From Fibrobacterales bacterium (GTDB taxonomy: Bacteria; Fibrobacterota; Fibrobacteria; Fibrobacterales; JAOPTW01), in assembly GCA_051532035.1 (NCBI GenBank), contig JAOPTW010000056.1, positions 1 through 64,000 of the forward strand: a DNA stretch of 64,000 nucleotides, in the 5' to 3' direction. The notes under the pieces were generated by a model, which saw nothing but the letters and a program-made list of their open reading frames with translations, did no database searches and was not told where the DNA came from. Positions 1 to 9,632 of this stretch are shown here, one piece after another. How positions within the stretch are numbered: position 1 is the stretch's first letter; each line of letters opens with the position of its first letter. The translations under genes were made by a program, and so were the position numbers.

Positions 1-51
1 TAGAATTTTTCAATGGTATAGAATCATGACTCGGAGGTCGTGGTTCTCGGT

Positions 52-256
52 TCCTTTAGATATTTGGGAAACTGTTTAGGGGTGGTAGACAATTCGAGTG
101 GCGTGGTAACTTATTCGAGAGGCGTGGTAACTTATTGGAGAGCAATAATGGAAGTGTCCTTTAGATATTTGGGAAACTGTTTAGACGTGGTAGACGATTC
201 GAGTAACGTGGTAGATGATTCGAGTGCCGTTGTAGATATTCGGTAGGCGTGGTAAG
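52..256. repeat. Degenerate ~21-bp tandem repeats with a 105-bp higher-order duplication
   Basis: TCCTTTAGATATTTGGGAAACTGTTTAG occurs exactly at 52-79 and 157-184 (105 bp apart); both are followed by ~21-bp units of the form GCGTGGTA(AC/GA)nnATTCGAG. Confidence 0.85.
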
Positions 257-470
257 GTTGTTTGGTACGTGAATCGTGATTCAGTACCCATTAGACAAAC
301 TGAAACCTATGGAACAATCAGACCTCTTCCAAAAGAACTGACATTCGGGCATAGAATTCTTTAGAAAGTTCTGCGTCCGCACATTGTTTACCCATGTGCG
401 AAGCACTCACCACATTATATCAGCGTTCCTGCAAAACAATAAAGATTGAAGATGTGTAAACTTCATCCAA

Positions 471-586
471 TCACAACTACAAGGTTTAAACGCCTCGTGG
501 TTCATGATGAAAGTTAATACAATACTTCACTCACGCCACTAATGCAACCATGAGGTACAGTGCAGTGTAACCTGAACCAGATGTGA
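471..586 (+). other. Degenerate attC-like imperfect palindrome (116 bp)
   Basis: Ends TCACAAC (471-477) / GATGTGA (580-586); AGGTT (482-486) / AACCT (569-573); inner stem CCTCGTGGTT / AACCATGAGG. The GTT core is changed to GAT and there is no integrase in the window. Confidence 0.4.
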
Positions 587-921
587 GGAGCGCATATGAT
601 GAAGCTCTCGGCAGAGTGCCTTTTATTCGTCAGCAAATATTGCTTCCTCACCCTGCGGGTTTGCCTATGGCAAATGCTAATTGCTCTCGCATTTAGAGGT
701 CCAGCCTTTTGGGCACCCAAAAGATCTGGCCGTGTCCAGTTCGGTTGCATGTGCGAGCAGCAGATTTCATCTGCGACCAGTACAAGGCCCCCTGGGAACT
801 ATATTAAAAAAAGAAAAAGAAAAAAGAAGAAAGCCAGTGCAACGCACATTCCACACTACAACTACGGCCTTGCAAATATTTTCATAGGCCAATGGTTAAT
901 ACTTGCTTAGGGGCTTTATAA

Positions 922-2286
922 TTACTTACAGCTTTCACCAACCTTAGTGATGGTATCTTTGCCGTGATGGTATGTACTTGAGAGTAGAGGCGTTTGAATA
1001 AACAATGAATCTGTATTTAAATTTGGACTATAAATACTCATAGATTCTCCATTATGAGGATGTGACCACTCAGCTATACATGTCCAGCCGAGTCTTGGAT
1101 CCATAGGTGGTTCCCAATATATATAATGTTCGACTCCCCATGATAGCGTTACAGTGGTGTCAGTATGCTTAGCGTCATCATATAAAATTGTTAATTCCCA
1201 ACAATTAAATAAATCATTCAGAATTATAATATTCGAAGCAGGCATAACTAAAGTAGTTGAAAATGCTATTTCATCCGCAACATCATACCCAACCCACTCA
1301 TAAAAACACATCCCCGTATCATTCGCATTCGCCACAATATCAACCACCGTACCCGCCTCATAAAAACCAGACCCAGTACCACCATCAACAGTCAACTCAT
1401 ACAAAAGCGGCCCCGCAGAACTCACCGCTTCACTGCTAGAAGATGCACTACTTGACGAAACGACAACCGCTTCACTTGAGCTTACAACAACAATTTCAGA
1501 TGAACTTACCACCGCAGAAGAACTTAATAAACTCGACGAGATTGCCTCAACAGAAGAAAGTATTACTGAGCTTGACGATAGAGCCGCACTAGAACTAACC
1601 ACATCCGTCGGAACGGCGACACTCGATGAAAGATCAGCAATGTCATAATCCTGAACCGTAACCAAAAGGGTATCAAATACTTCATGGCCATATCCATCAA
1701 CTACTTTTAATACAATGGTATCGGTGCATGCACTACTATAGTATATACTTAAAGTAGTGGGCGAGAATACACTGTCCGCTATTGACTTCCACCATAGGTA
1801 AACATTCGAATCATCTATTTCAAGGACTTCGGCTTCGGCAGTACTAAAGGTTATGTTGTTATTAATAAAAATAGTCTTGTCTGCACCGGCAGAAATTATA
1901 GGGAGATTATTTAAGGGAGACCCTACAAACTGTTGTGTCGAATCAGTTATAATAATGGTGTCGGCTGCATCGGCAATGAGAGAATCATTTCTCCACACTG
2001 ATGCATATACACTTACCGTGTCTCCAATATTTAATGATGTTTCATATTCTATAAATTCTCTATTTAGAGCAGGTGCAGGGCCTTGAAATGGAGTGATGCT
2101 GTTGCCCTGAGTAAAAATGACTGATATACTGTCTATGGTAAAAGGAATGCCTTCTGTGGGGACGCTATAGATAAACTGGCTACTTCCTACGATAGTTTCT
2201 GAGTTACTGGTTGAATCATCTGCCGTTTCATTATTATTGATACATGATCCTAAAATAATTATCAGTGCGATATACAGTACTTTCAT
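922..2286 (-). CDS. Lipoprotein with PKD-like Ig domain, Ser-rich linker and InlB B-repeat-like domain
   Basis: Lipobox LGSC; motif N-LP-I-AG-D-T; poly-Ser linker; YELTVDGGTGSGFYEAGTVVDIVA; paralog of 2389-3738. Confidence 0.75.
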   Translation of the reverse strand: MKVLYIALIIILGSCINNNETADDSTSNSETIVGSSQFIYSVPTEGIPFTIDSISVIFTQGNSITPFQGPAPALNREFIEYETSLNIGDTVSVYASVWRNDSLIADAADTIIITDSTQQFVGSPLNNLPIISAGADKTIFINNNITFSTAEAEVLEIDDSNVYLWWKSIADSVFSPTTLSIYYSSACTDTIVLKVVDGYGHEVFDTLLVTVQDYDIADLSSSVAVPTDVVSSSAALSSSSVILSSVEAISSSLLSSSAVVSSSEIVVVSSSEAVVVSSSSASSSSEAVSSAGPLLYELTVDGGTGSGFYEAGTVVDIVANANDTGMCFYEWVGYDVADEIAFSTTLVMPASNIIILNDLFNCWELTILYDDAKHTDTTVTLSWGVEHYIYWEPPMDPRLGWTCIAEWSHPHNGESMSIYSPNLNTDSLFIQTPLLSSTYHHGKDTITKVGESCK

Positions 2287-2388
2287 GAGGAGTCCTTTTG
2301 TTTTGTTCTAATGTAAATATATGAATTAATATTTTAAGCTTTCGTTATGCTAGAAACTATGTGCTCCCTGTAAGAGAGCACTCCTTCA

Positions 2389-3738
2389 TTATGGAGCTAC
2401 AGCTGTAGTATCAATGTTAAATACTGGCGTTGCTACAGTGTCCTTAATAATAATAACAGGCATGGCACACATATCCATAGCTACAACTGTATCTTTTAAA
2501 ATTCCATATGATATTGGGTCACCAGTTTTGTAGAATGTCTCAGTTGCCGTACTATCAGTAATGGTACGGTCTGTATCATTCCAACCACCCATTTTACTTT
2601 CCCAATACATTAAATTACAAAACCCACCAGCGGTAGATAAGTCAGTGTATATAAGTTCCATACGACTATTAAAGTCAACGGTATGAACAGTATACTCCGC
2701 AGGAAGTTTATCACTTAATTTAACAGCAACTTCCCAGCAGACGCGTCTAGTTGCTGTTACAAGTTTATCACTAGCAGGCATTATAATAGTAGTAGTATCG
2801 TTCGTCTCGTCAGGAATATTGTCACCAGTCCATTCAGAGAAGCAACGGCCACTTTCATTTGCATTAGCCACAATCACAACCGCCTCGCCAGCCTGATAAT
2901 CACCACTCCCAATACCACCCTCAACCGTAAGTGCATAGGTAACCGGCGCAGCAGAGCTCAAAACCACAGCAGAACTCGAAGAGCTCACCATTACAGGTAC
3001 AGAAGAAGAACTCACTGCAGGAGCAGACGAGAGTGCTTCAGAAGAAGATACAACAATGGCACTTGATGAAGAGAGAGGTTCTGCAACACTATACTCATAA
3101 TCAATAACCGTAACAACAAGCGTATCAGAAACGAGATGCCCATACCCGTCAATAACAAGGAGTATAATGGTATCATTTCCAACTGCTTTATAAATAGTGG
3201 TGAGACTGTTCTGTGTATAGGTACTATCGTTGGTAGACTTCCACCACACTGAATAGTCATTATCGTCAGGTTCATTTACAGAAGGGTCTTTAAAGGTGAC
3301 AGCATCGTTAACATAGACTGTACGATCTGTACCCGCGTCAATAGTTGGGAGATGATTCACAATAGAGCCACTGATGATTGTTGTCGTTGCTTCTATGATT
3401 GCTGAGTCAAGAGCCGTAGCGATGAGTGTGTCATTGCTCCAGAGTTCAACTTCGAGCGTTAAACTATCACCCACATTAGCAGAAGCCTCAAAGGGTATGG
3501 TGGCACCACTAAATTGTGGATTGTTAATGCTCAGAGGAATAAATGCATCATCATTCCTAATGGTACAGGCGATACTATCAATTGAAAAAGGGACATTGGC
3601 CGTTGGAACTGTATAGGTAAATGAAATCGAACCACTCAATACTGCAGTCGATGAGCTGTCGGAGGATTCCGTTGGGTCAGTAGAATTGAGGCATGAGCTC
3701 AATGAAACAACGACCATTAAACATAACCATAAACGCAT
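2389..3738 (-). CDS. Lipoprotein, tandem paralog of 922-2286
   Basis: Lipobox LSSC; shares VxDGYGHxVxDTLxVTVxDY and the YALTVEGGIGSGDYQAGEAV domain with its neighbour. Confidence 0.75.
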   Translation of the reverse strand: MRLWLCLMVVVSLSSCLNSTDPTESSDSSSTAVLSGSISFTYTVPTANVPFSIDSIACTIRNDDAFIPLSINNPQFSGATIPFEASANVGDSLTLEVELWSNDTLIATALDSAIIEATTTIISGSIVNHLPTIDAGTDRTVYVNDAVTFKDPSVNEPDDNDYSVWWKSTNDSTYTQNSLTTIYKAVGNDTIILLVIDGYGHLVSDTLVVTVIDYEYSVAEPLSSSSAIVVSSSEALSSAPAVSSSSVPVMVSSSSSAVVLSSAAPVTYALTVEGGIGSGDYQAGEAVVIVANANESGRCFSEWTGDNIPDETNDTTTIIMPASDKLVTATRRVCWEVAVKLSDKLPAEYTVHTVDFNSRMELIYTDLSTAGGFCNLMYWESKMGGWNDTDRTITDSTATETFYKTGDPISYGILKDTVVAMDMCAMPVIIIKDTVATPVFNIDTTAVAP

Positions 3739-3931
3739 TATATACCCCTATTCTATTTTATCTGAAAGATAGTAAGATAGAGGAGGTCAAAAGTGATTGA
3801 CTCTATTTATGGTGGATTTTGAGAAGGATACGTTGATATTTTACAAACATGTAAAAAAGAGTTTAGGGCTAATAGCTCTAAACTCTCCATTGATAACTCT
3901 GAACTTTTAGTTCTTAGTGTCTAACGAGCTC

Positions 3932-4795
3932 TTAAACCCATTCTTCACGAAGAATATCACCCTGAAGACTCAATACAACAAGCTTCAAAGGGATCTTACG
4001 TGTAGCACGTGACGCTGCTTCTTGTGCAATACCAAGAAGGCCATTACAACAAGGAACTTGCATGATTGCAACAGTGAGGGTATTGATTTGTGCTTCATCA
4101 ATCATAACCGTCAGTTTTTCGATATAGCTCTCTTGACCTTCATCCAATTTTGGACACGCAATGGCAAGAGATTTGTCGGTCATGTAATCTTTGTGAAAAT
4201 CACCATGTGAAAACGCTGCACAGTCTGCTGCAAGAAGCAGGTCAGATTTTTCGTAGTGCGGTGCGTGTGGTGATGCAAGGTGGAGCTGAATAGGCCAGTG
4301 AGTAAGTGCTGATGGGCGTTTACCGCTAGTATCTCCTGCGTTATCGTTGCTAAATTCCTGTGATGCTGATCCTGGACAACCCATTGTTTGCTCCTTTTGT
4401 GCTGCTGGTTTCGTTTTTGTAGTTTCGTTTGATTCACCCTTATAGTCTGGTACGGGGAATCCATTATCTTCGAGGTAGCCTACGCCTTGCTCGACAAATT
4501 TATATTGTTTGTGGTCCCATAAATGGGAGAGGTGAGCTTGAATAACATTCTTACCTTTTTTAATGAGCTCTCGCATAACGAGTACTTCATTATAAGGCTC
4601 TGCTTCACGCTCTTCAATGGTAATAGCTCCGGTTGGACAATGACCAAGGCATGCGCCAAGTCCATCACACGAGAGATCGGTGAGAAGGACTGCTTTGCCA
4701 TCAATTATTCTGAGGGCACCTTCATGACATTCAGGAACGCAATCGCCACATCCGTCACAAAGTTCTTCGTCGATATGTACTATTTCTCTTAACAT
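3932..4795 (-). CDS. 4Fe-4S dicluster ferredoxin-domain protein (family often linked to hcp/HcpR regulons)
   Basis: CDGCGDCVPECHEGA and CDGLGACLGHCP motifs; GCPGS; WPIQL; AADC; ACPKLD; MQVPCC. Confidence 0.85.
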   Translation of the reverse strand: MLREIVHIDEELCDGCGDCVPECHEGALRIIDGKAVLLTDLSCDGLGACLGHCPTGAITIEEREAEPYNEVLVMRELIKKGKNVIQAHLSHLWDHKQYKFVEQGVGYLEDNGFPVPDYKGESNETTKTKPAAQKEQTMGCPGSASQEFSNDNAGDTSGKRPSALTHWPIQLHLASPHAPHYEKSDLLLAADCAAFSHGDFHKDYMTDKSLAIACPKLDEGQESYIEKLTVMIDEAQINTLTVAIMQVPCCNGLLGIAQEAASRATRKIPLKLVVLSLQGDILREEWV

Positions 4796-4857
4796 AACCT
4801 GTTACTACCATTTCGTTTTGTCTGTATATAATGTACCTTTGTTTCAGCGGGCTTTCA

Positions 4858-4871
4858 TTGATTCGTATCAA
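4858..4871. promoter_or_regulatory. FNR-type operator TTGAT-N4-ATCAA
   Basis: TTGATTCGTATCAA is an exact consensus, between the divergent ferredoxin and Crp/Fnr genes; minus-strand -10 TACATT (4835-4830) puts its centre at -41.5. Confidence 0.85.
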
Positions 4872-4905
4872 GGAAATTGCGGTTTAAGTACAGGAAACAG
4901 CTATT

Positions 4906-5556
4906 ATGATCTCAAAAAGTGAAATTTTACAACGATTCAGTCTTTTTAAAGGTCTTTCCCAAGATGACCGAGAACTCATGGCGAATATTTGCCAAGAGCG
5001 ACGGTATAAGAAAAAAGAGATGATGTTTCAGGATGGTGCTATTGGAGAATATGTATTTATACTGGTAACAGGGAGTGTACAGCTCTCAAAGCTGGGCCCA
5101 GAAGGCCGTGATGTTGTTGTGAAAGTTGCAAAGCCAGGTGAGATGTTTGCTGAAGCAATTCTTTTTGAAAAAGATAACTACCCAGTGTCGGGGCAAGCGC
5201 TGAAAGACTCCTACCTTTACCTTATTCCTAAGCGTGACTTTTTACCGCTTCTTGAAAATAGAAGATTTCGCGATAACTTTATAACCGGTATTTTACAGAA
5301 ATTACGGTTTCTCTCGCAGCAAGTTCAGTCAACCAGTTTTGATGTGCAAGATAGACTTATGATTTTTCTCAAAGATCAGTTTGGACTCAAGCCAGAGATT
5401 AAACATTCTTTTTCAAAAAAAGATATTGCCACAGCTATTGGTACCACACCCGAAACGATATCTCGTCTTATTCTCAAACTCAAAAAAGAGGGGAATCTTA
5501 TATGGGAAGGGAAGGTGATCACTATGAGCGAAGCATTTATTAAGCAGTATCAGTAG
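4906..5556 (+). CDS. Crp/Fnr family transcriptional regulator (HcpR/DNR-like)
   Basis: cNMP-binding-like N-terminal domain (PGEMFAE); HTH IATAIGTTPETISR; no FNR N-terminal Cys cluster. Confidence 0.9.
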   Translation: MISKSEILQRFSLFKGLSQDDRELMANICQERRYKKKEMMFQDGAIGEYVFILVTGSVQLSKLGPEGRDVVVKVAKPGEMFAEAILFEKDNYPVSGQALKDSYLYLIPKRDFLPLLENRRFRDNFITGILQKLRFLSQQVQSTSFDVQDRLMIFLKDQFGLKPEIKHSFSKKDIATAIGTTPETISRLILKLKKEGNLIWEGKVITMSEAFIKQYQ

Positions 5557-5689
5557 CAATAATAATTGGGAAATTTCATAATCAATTGTTAAAATATCAA
5601 AACTTCTTGCTATCCTTATTACAAAGTTGTAAACTCGATGCATTCATATGATGTATCATTTCATATAACACATCACCATAAGGTAAATC

Positions 5690-5944
5690 ATGAAAAAAGA
5701 CGTTCTATTAATATTAATTGATAAGAGATCGGACAGTGCTATTGAAGTACAGAAAATATTAACAGCATGGGGCTGCTTTATTAAAGCTCGTCTCGGGCTC
5801 CACGAGAATATTCTTGATGAATGTAGCCAAACAGGGCTTATCTTTATTGAGCTCGTAGGTAGTGAAGAAAAACACGAAGAGCTCACTCGCAAGCTCAATC
5901 TCTTGACTGGTGTTTCTGCAAAACTTGTAAACATGTCAGTATAA
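5690..5944 (+). CDS. Small ACT-like protein (TM1266 / iron-only hydrogenase system regulator-like)
   Basis: 84 aa; R...A..VQ.ILT..GC.IK.RLGLHE....C...GLI..EL pattern. Confidence 0.7.
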   Translation: MKKDVLLILIDKRSDSAIEVQKILTAWGCFIKARLGLHENILDECSQTGLIFIELVGSEEKHEELTRKLNLLTGVSAKLVNMSV

Positions 5945-6005
5945 ATATACTCGAGGCTTGTTGGTACTCGTATAGATGCATTACCTTTCAGGCCTCACTC
6001 TTTCG

Positions 6006-6587
6006 CTACGCCTCTATATCTATCAAGTGTTTTGGCTGAGTAAATCTCTGTATAATTAATCGAATAACAAAATAGATCAGTACTAAATAGAATCCAGTAG
6101 TAAAAAAACTTTTTGCTATGGTGAGCATGCTTGCGACTACTCCAAAAGCAGGATTGAAGTCTGGGTAGTAAAAGAGCATGTGAGCAATGGAGATGTTTTC
6201 GAGATAATCAAAAAGTCCACCGAGCATCGGTATAAAGCAGATAAATCGAAATTGCTTATATGACAGTTTTCTAAAGAGGTAGAGTAAAAGGGCTGAGTTC
6301 GAGAGGGCAAAGAGCGCTGGATATACCATATCAAGAGGGAGTTGTACGGTAAGGTAATAGTTGCGGCCCGCTGTTTGGAGGGCAGAAAAGAGCTGCCCAA
6401 TGTAATCAGCGCTATAGCCAAAGGGGTGCATGTCGAGTATGAGTAGCCCATTTGAAAAAGTAGTGAGGCTCGGTATGGTGTAGAGTATCATAACAAAATA
6501 GAGGGCCTGAGCACAAGCAATTGAGAGTAAAAGTGGTGCTCCTTTGCTTAAAGTATGTGTTACTACGTTGTTTAATTTTGTAAGCAT
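6006..6587 (-). CDS. Hypothetical integral membrane protein (about 4 TM)
   Basis: Hydrophobic segments; motifs LDM...GYS, LPLDMVYP, FDYLEN. Confidence 0.7.
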   Translation of the reverse strand: MLTKLNNVVTHTLSKGAPLLLSIACAQALYFVMILYTIPSLTTFSNGLLILDMHPFGYSADYIGQLFSALQTAGRNYYLTVQLPLDMVYPALFALSNSALLLYLFRKLSYKQFRFICFIPMLGGLFDYLENISIAHMLFYYPDFNPAFGVVASMLTIAKSFFTTGFYLVLIYFVIRLIIQRFTQPKHLIDIEA

Positions 6588-6762
6588 TGTGCCTCCTAAA
6601 GTCCTTTGTTGATCAAGTCAGATCATTCTGAATCACAATACACTATGAAATTTGGGTAATTTGGGTACTCTTTCTGTTGTTATATCATTAATGGTAATAA
6701 TTTCTTTGCATTTATGACAAAAAAGTAGGAATATCAGTTAAAACTTATAAAGAGATTATGTA

Positions 6763-7767
6763 ATGAAAGGTATAAACTGTAAAGCCGTCATAGGTGTTTT
6801 GTTTTTAGGTGCAACATTAAGTAGTGCTGCAGATGAATCGATTGTAGGAAGCGTTAATCCGAATCCCGCAATGGAACTCGGTGGTGTTGTTACGGTAGAT
6901 TTTGGTGGGCCTACCGATAAGTTGAAGGATCAGCCTGTGGAAGTGGGTACCGTAGAGCTTTCGGCGAATGTACCCGTTTCAAATGAGATACTTGCTTCTA
7001 TAACATTGGTAGGTCAAAAGGGCCTTACCCAAGTTGCTATCGACGCGGCAGTAGTCGAATGGAGGCTCTCCCACGTGCCTCTCACACTCCTTATGGGTGA
7101 AAATGACATTGGACACGGCCTTAATTCAACGCGACTCATTAGTGACCCGCTCATGAAAGACCTAGGATTTGGTCTAAAGGGCCCATCTGTATCGGCTGTC
7201 TACTCTGCGGGTATGCTTTCTCCATTTGTAGGTGGAGTGTACCTTGCTACCCCAGGTGAAATGAGTTACGTTGTCGAGGGGCCCGGTGTGCAAGTTGTTG
7301 AGGGAGAAGCGTCTGGAGTCTACCGAGGTCTTGTTGGGGTCGAAGCAGCTCCAAGTGAAAAGATAATGGTTAGGGCATCGGGGTCACTCGGTAAAGAGTA
7401 CCAAGATGCTGTAGTCGGTTCCGAAATTTTGGTTGCGGGTTTAACTATCGACCTTGAAGGATATTATCAGTTTATTAAAGGTGATCAAATGAGCGGCTGG
7501 TATACCGGTGTCGCGTATCAGGTGTCAGAGATGTTTGGACTTGCAACACGGTACGATATGGCTACGAAGAATAGTTATGATGGCTATGAATCGCGTATTG
7601 GAGTTGGTGGATCATTCTCATTTGCTCATGGCCTTTTTGCTGCAGTAGAATATGGCAGAACGCTTCCGAGTGAAGGGAATGGTGAGAATACCATAGCCTT
7701 ACAGATTGGATTAGAATCATCACTTGAATTACCAGGGTTTCAACGTAAGACTCTTAAACAACAATAA
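6763..7767 (+). CDS. Outer-membrane beta-barrel porin, LbtU-like
   Basis: Signal peptide; alternating beta strands; VGTVEL, IDAAVV and RLISDPL motifs resemble LbtU-family porins. Confidence 0.6.
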   Translation: MKGINCKAVIGVLFLGATLSSAADESIVGSVNPNPAMELGGVVTVDFGGPTDKLKDQPVEVGTVELSANVPVSNEILASITLVGQKGLTQVAIDAAVVEWRLSHVPLTLLMGENDIGHGLNSTRLISDPLMKDLGFGLKGPSVSAVYSAGMLSPFVGGVYLATPGEMSYVVEGPGVQVVEGEASGVYRGLVGVEAAPSEKIMVRASGSLGKEYQDAVVGSEILVAGLTIDLEGYYQFIKGDQMSGWYTGVAYQVSEMFGLATRYDMATKNSYDGYESRIGVGGSFSFAHGLFAAVEYGRTLPSEGNGENTIALQIGLESSLELPGFQRKTLKQQ

Positions 7768-7807
7768 AAATTTAAACACCATAATAAATACTACCGAGGA
7801 GGTCAGT

Positions 7808-9508
7808 ATGTTCAAAAGTAAATCGTTAAAAGCGAAACTCTTGACAGGATTTTTAACCATAGCAGGTGTAGTACTTGTTGTGGGGCTATTAGGATTTTTC
7901 TCTGTAAAAAATATGGAGAGTACTTCGAGAGAAATTATTGAAGCGTCCCCACTTATGGATGCAGCTATGGAGATGAAAATATCTGTGGCCCGTGATATGC
8001 AGATGATCATGGAGCTTCTTGCATCAAGTAATACAGAAGATTTAGAAGGTGTTTGGAGGGAGCATGAAAATTTGGTCGTTGACTTTGACACCTTTGCTGA
8101 TGCGATACTTAAGGGTGCAGTCATTGATAGCGAAACGTTTTATGCTGCTAAAAATCCTCGTCTCAAGGAGATTGTAAACGAGGCAGATCAGTTTCATAAT
8201 TCAGAGTTTCAACCACGCATTAAAGGTATTTACGAAATTATGAAGAGTAAGCTTTCAGGGGCTGACAATGTAGATGAAAAGAAACTCCAGGAGCTTGATG
8301 CAGGCGCTGATGAGACTGGCGAAAAAATGTTGGTTATAATAACGGGAATTGAAAATGGCGCAAAAGCAGAGATAACAGAGGCAATAAGGAATTTAGTTGA
8401 TTTTACCAGCTTTGCTCAAATACAGGCGATTGTGGGGATTCTCATCGGAGTAATTCTTGCAGTGGGTCTTGGTTTTGTCATTACCCGTTCAGTCACCGGG
8501 CCTATCAATGGGATTATTCAAGGGCTGACAGAAGGATCCGATCAGGTGTCGGCTGCTTCGGGTCAAGTATCGAGTTCCAGCCAGTCAATGGCAGAAGGTG
8601 CATCGGAGCAGGCTTCCTCGGTCGAAGAAATATCGAGTACTCTTGAAGAGATGTCTGCAATGACAAAGCAGACGGCACAAAATGCAGATCAGGCAAACAC
8701 ATTCTCTATCGAAGCGGGCTCTGCGACTGCAGAAGGACAAAAAGCGATGGAGAAGATGTCAAGTGCGGTCAATGATATTAAAACGGCAAGTGATGAAACG
8801 GCAAAGATTATAAAGAATATTAATGAAATAGCTTTTCAAACAAATCTACTCGCACTAAATGCTGCCGTTGAAGCGGCGCGTGCGGGCGAGGCGGGTAAAG
8901 GTTTCGCGGTTGTTGCAGAAGAAGTGCGGAACTTAGCTCAGCGATCAGCAGAGGCTGCAAATGATACGGCAAATCTTATTGAGCAATCTCAAAAGTCAGC
9001 CGAAAGTGGTGTCAGCTCAAGTGAAGAGGTTGGGACACTGCTGACTAAAATTGCTGAATCGGTCGATAAAGTAAATCAGCTTATTGGAGAAGTCTCGGCT
9101 GCGAGTAAGGAGCAATCTACGGGTATTGGGCAGGTAAATGATGCGGTCAGTGCTATGGATGGTATCATACAAGGCAATGCAGCAACTGCAGAGGAGTCAG
9201 CTTCTGCAAGTGAAGAGTTGTCGGCTCAGGCAGCTACGCTTAATCAGATTGTTTCAGATTTGGTTGGGGTTATTCATGGGGTAAATGGAGTTGGTGTGCA
9301 GGCTCAGCGAATGCCAGTGTACGTCAATAAGCCGGCCTTATTGCCTCCACGACCCATTTCTGAGCAGGTAACTCCCCATAATACCCCTAAAAAGAGTGCA
9401 TCACCTACAATGAGGCCGGCTGAATATGCCTCCAAGAAGGTTCGGCAGGTAGAAGAGGTGATCCCGTTTAATGATGATGATGATGATGATAATTTAAAAG
9501 AATTTTAG
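7808..9508 (+). CDS. Methyl-accepting chemotaxis protein (periplasmic helical sensor, no clear HAMP)
   Basis: Start at MFKSK after SD GAGGAGG; two TM helices; [35 protein letters not shown]-terminal NLKEF. Confidence 0.95.
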   Translation: MFKSKSLKAKLLTGFLTIAGVVLVVGLLGFFSVKNMESTSREIIEASPLMDAAMEMKISVARDMQMIMELLASSNTEDLEGVWREHENLVVDFDTFADAILKGAVIDSETFYAAKNPRLKEIVNEADQFHNSEFQPRIKGIYEIMKSKLSGADNVDEKKLQELDAGADETGEKMLVIITGIENGAKAEITEAIRNLVDFTSFAQIQAIVGILIGVILAVGLGFVITRSVTGPINGIIQGLTEGSDQVSAASGQVSSSSQSMAEGASEQASSVEEISSTLEEMSAMTKQTAQNADQANTFSIEAGSATAEGQKAMEKMSSAVNDIKTASDETAKIIKNINEIAFQTNLLALNAAVEAARAGEAGKGFAVVAEEVRNLAQRSAEAANDTANLIEQSQKSAESGVSSSEEVGTLLTKIAESVDKVNQLIGEVSAASKEQSTGIGQVNDAVSAMDGIIQGNAATAEESASASEELSAQAATLNQIVSDLVGVIHGVNGVGVQAQRMPVYVNKPALLPPRPISEQVTPHNTPKKSASPTMRPAEYASKKVRQVEEVIPFNDDDDDDNLKEF

Positions 9509-9632
9509 TATTGAAAGATATAGTGCACTGTTTCTATGGTGAATGCAGTGCACTTTATTAATTATTACAGTTGTAAAAGGTAAGCAATTGTGAGATAATA
9601 AATGTATTGAGATAATACATTGGAGTAATAAT

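Noticed and set aside
52..256. CRISPR array
   Set aside because: Only two copies of the 28-bp block, the intervening DNA is itself repetitive, and there are no cas genes.
520..795. 16S rRNA-like words (ACTGGACACGGCCAGA) and a tmRNA-like start (GGGGGCC) on the minus strand
   Set aside because: Matches are short and gapped; no continuous rRNA similarity and no T-arm/CCA end.
395..847. Group II intron (several GTGCG words)
   Set aside because: No domain V/VI or reverse transcriptase ORF found.
40..910. ORFs 40-246, 514-750, 596-910 and 681-887 as proteins
   Set aside because: No recognisable motifs or clear RBS; the poly-Lys arises from an A-tract; they overlap hairpin-rich DNA.
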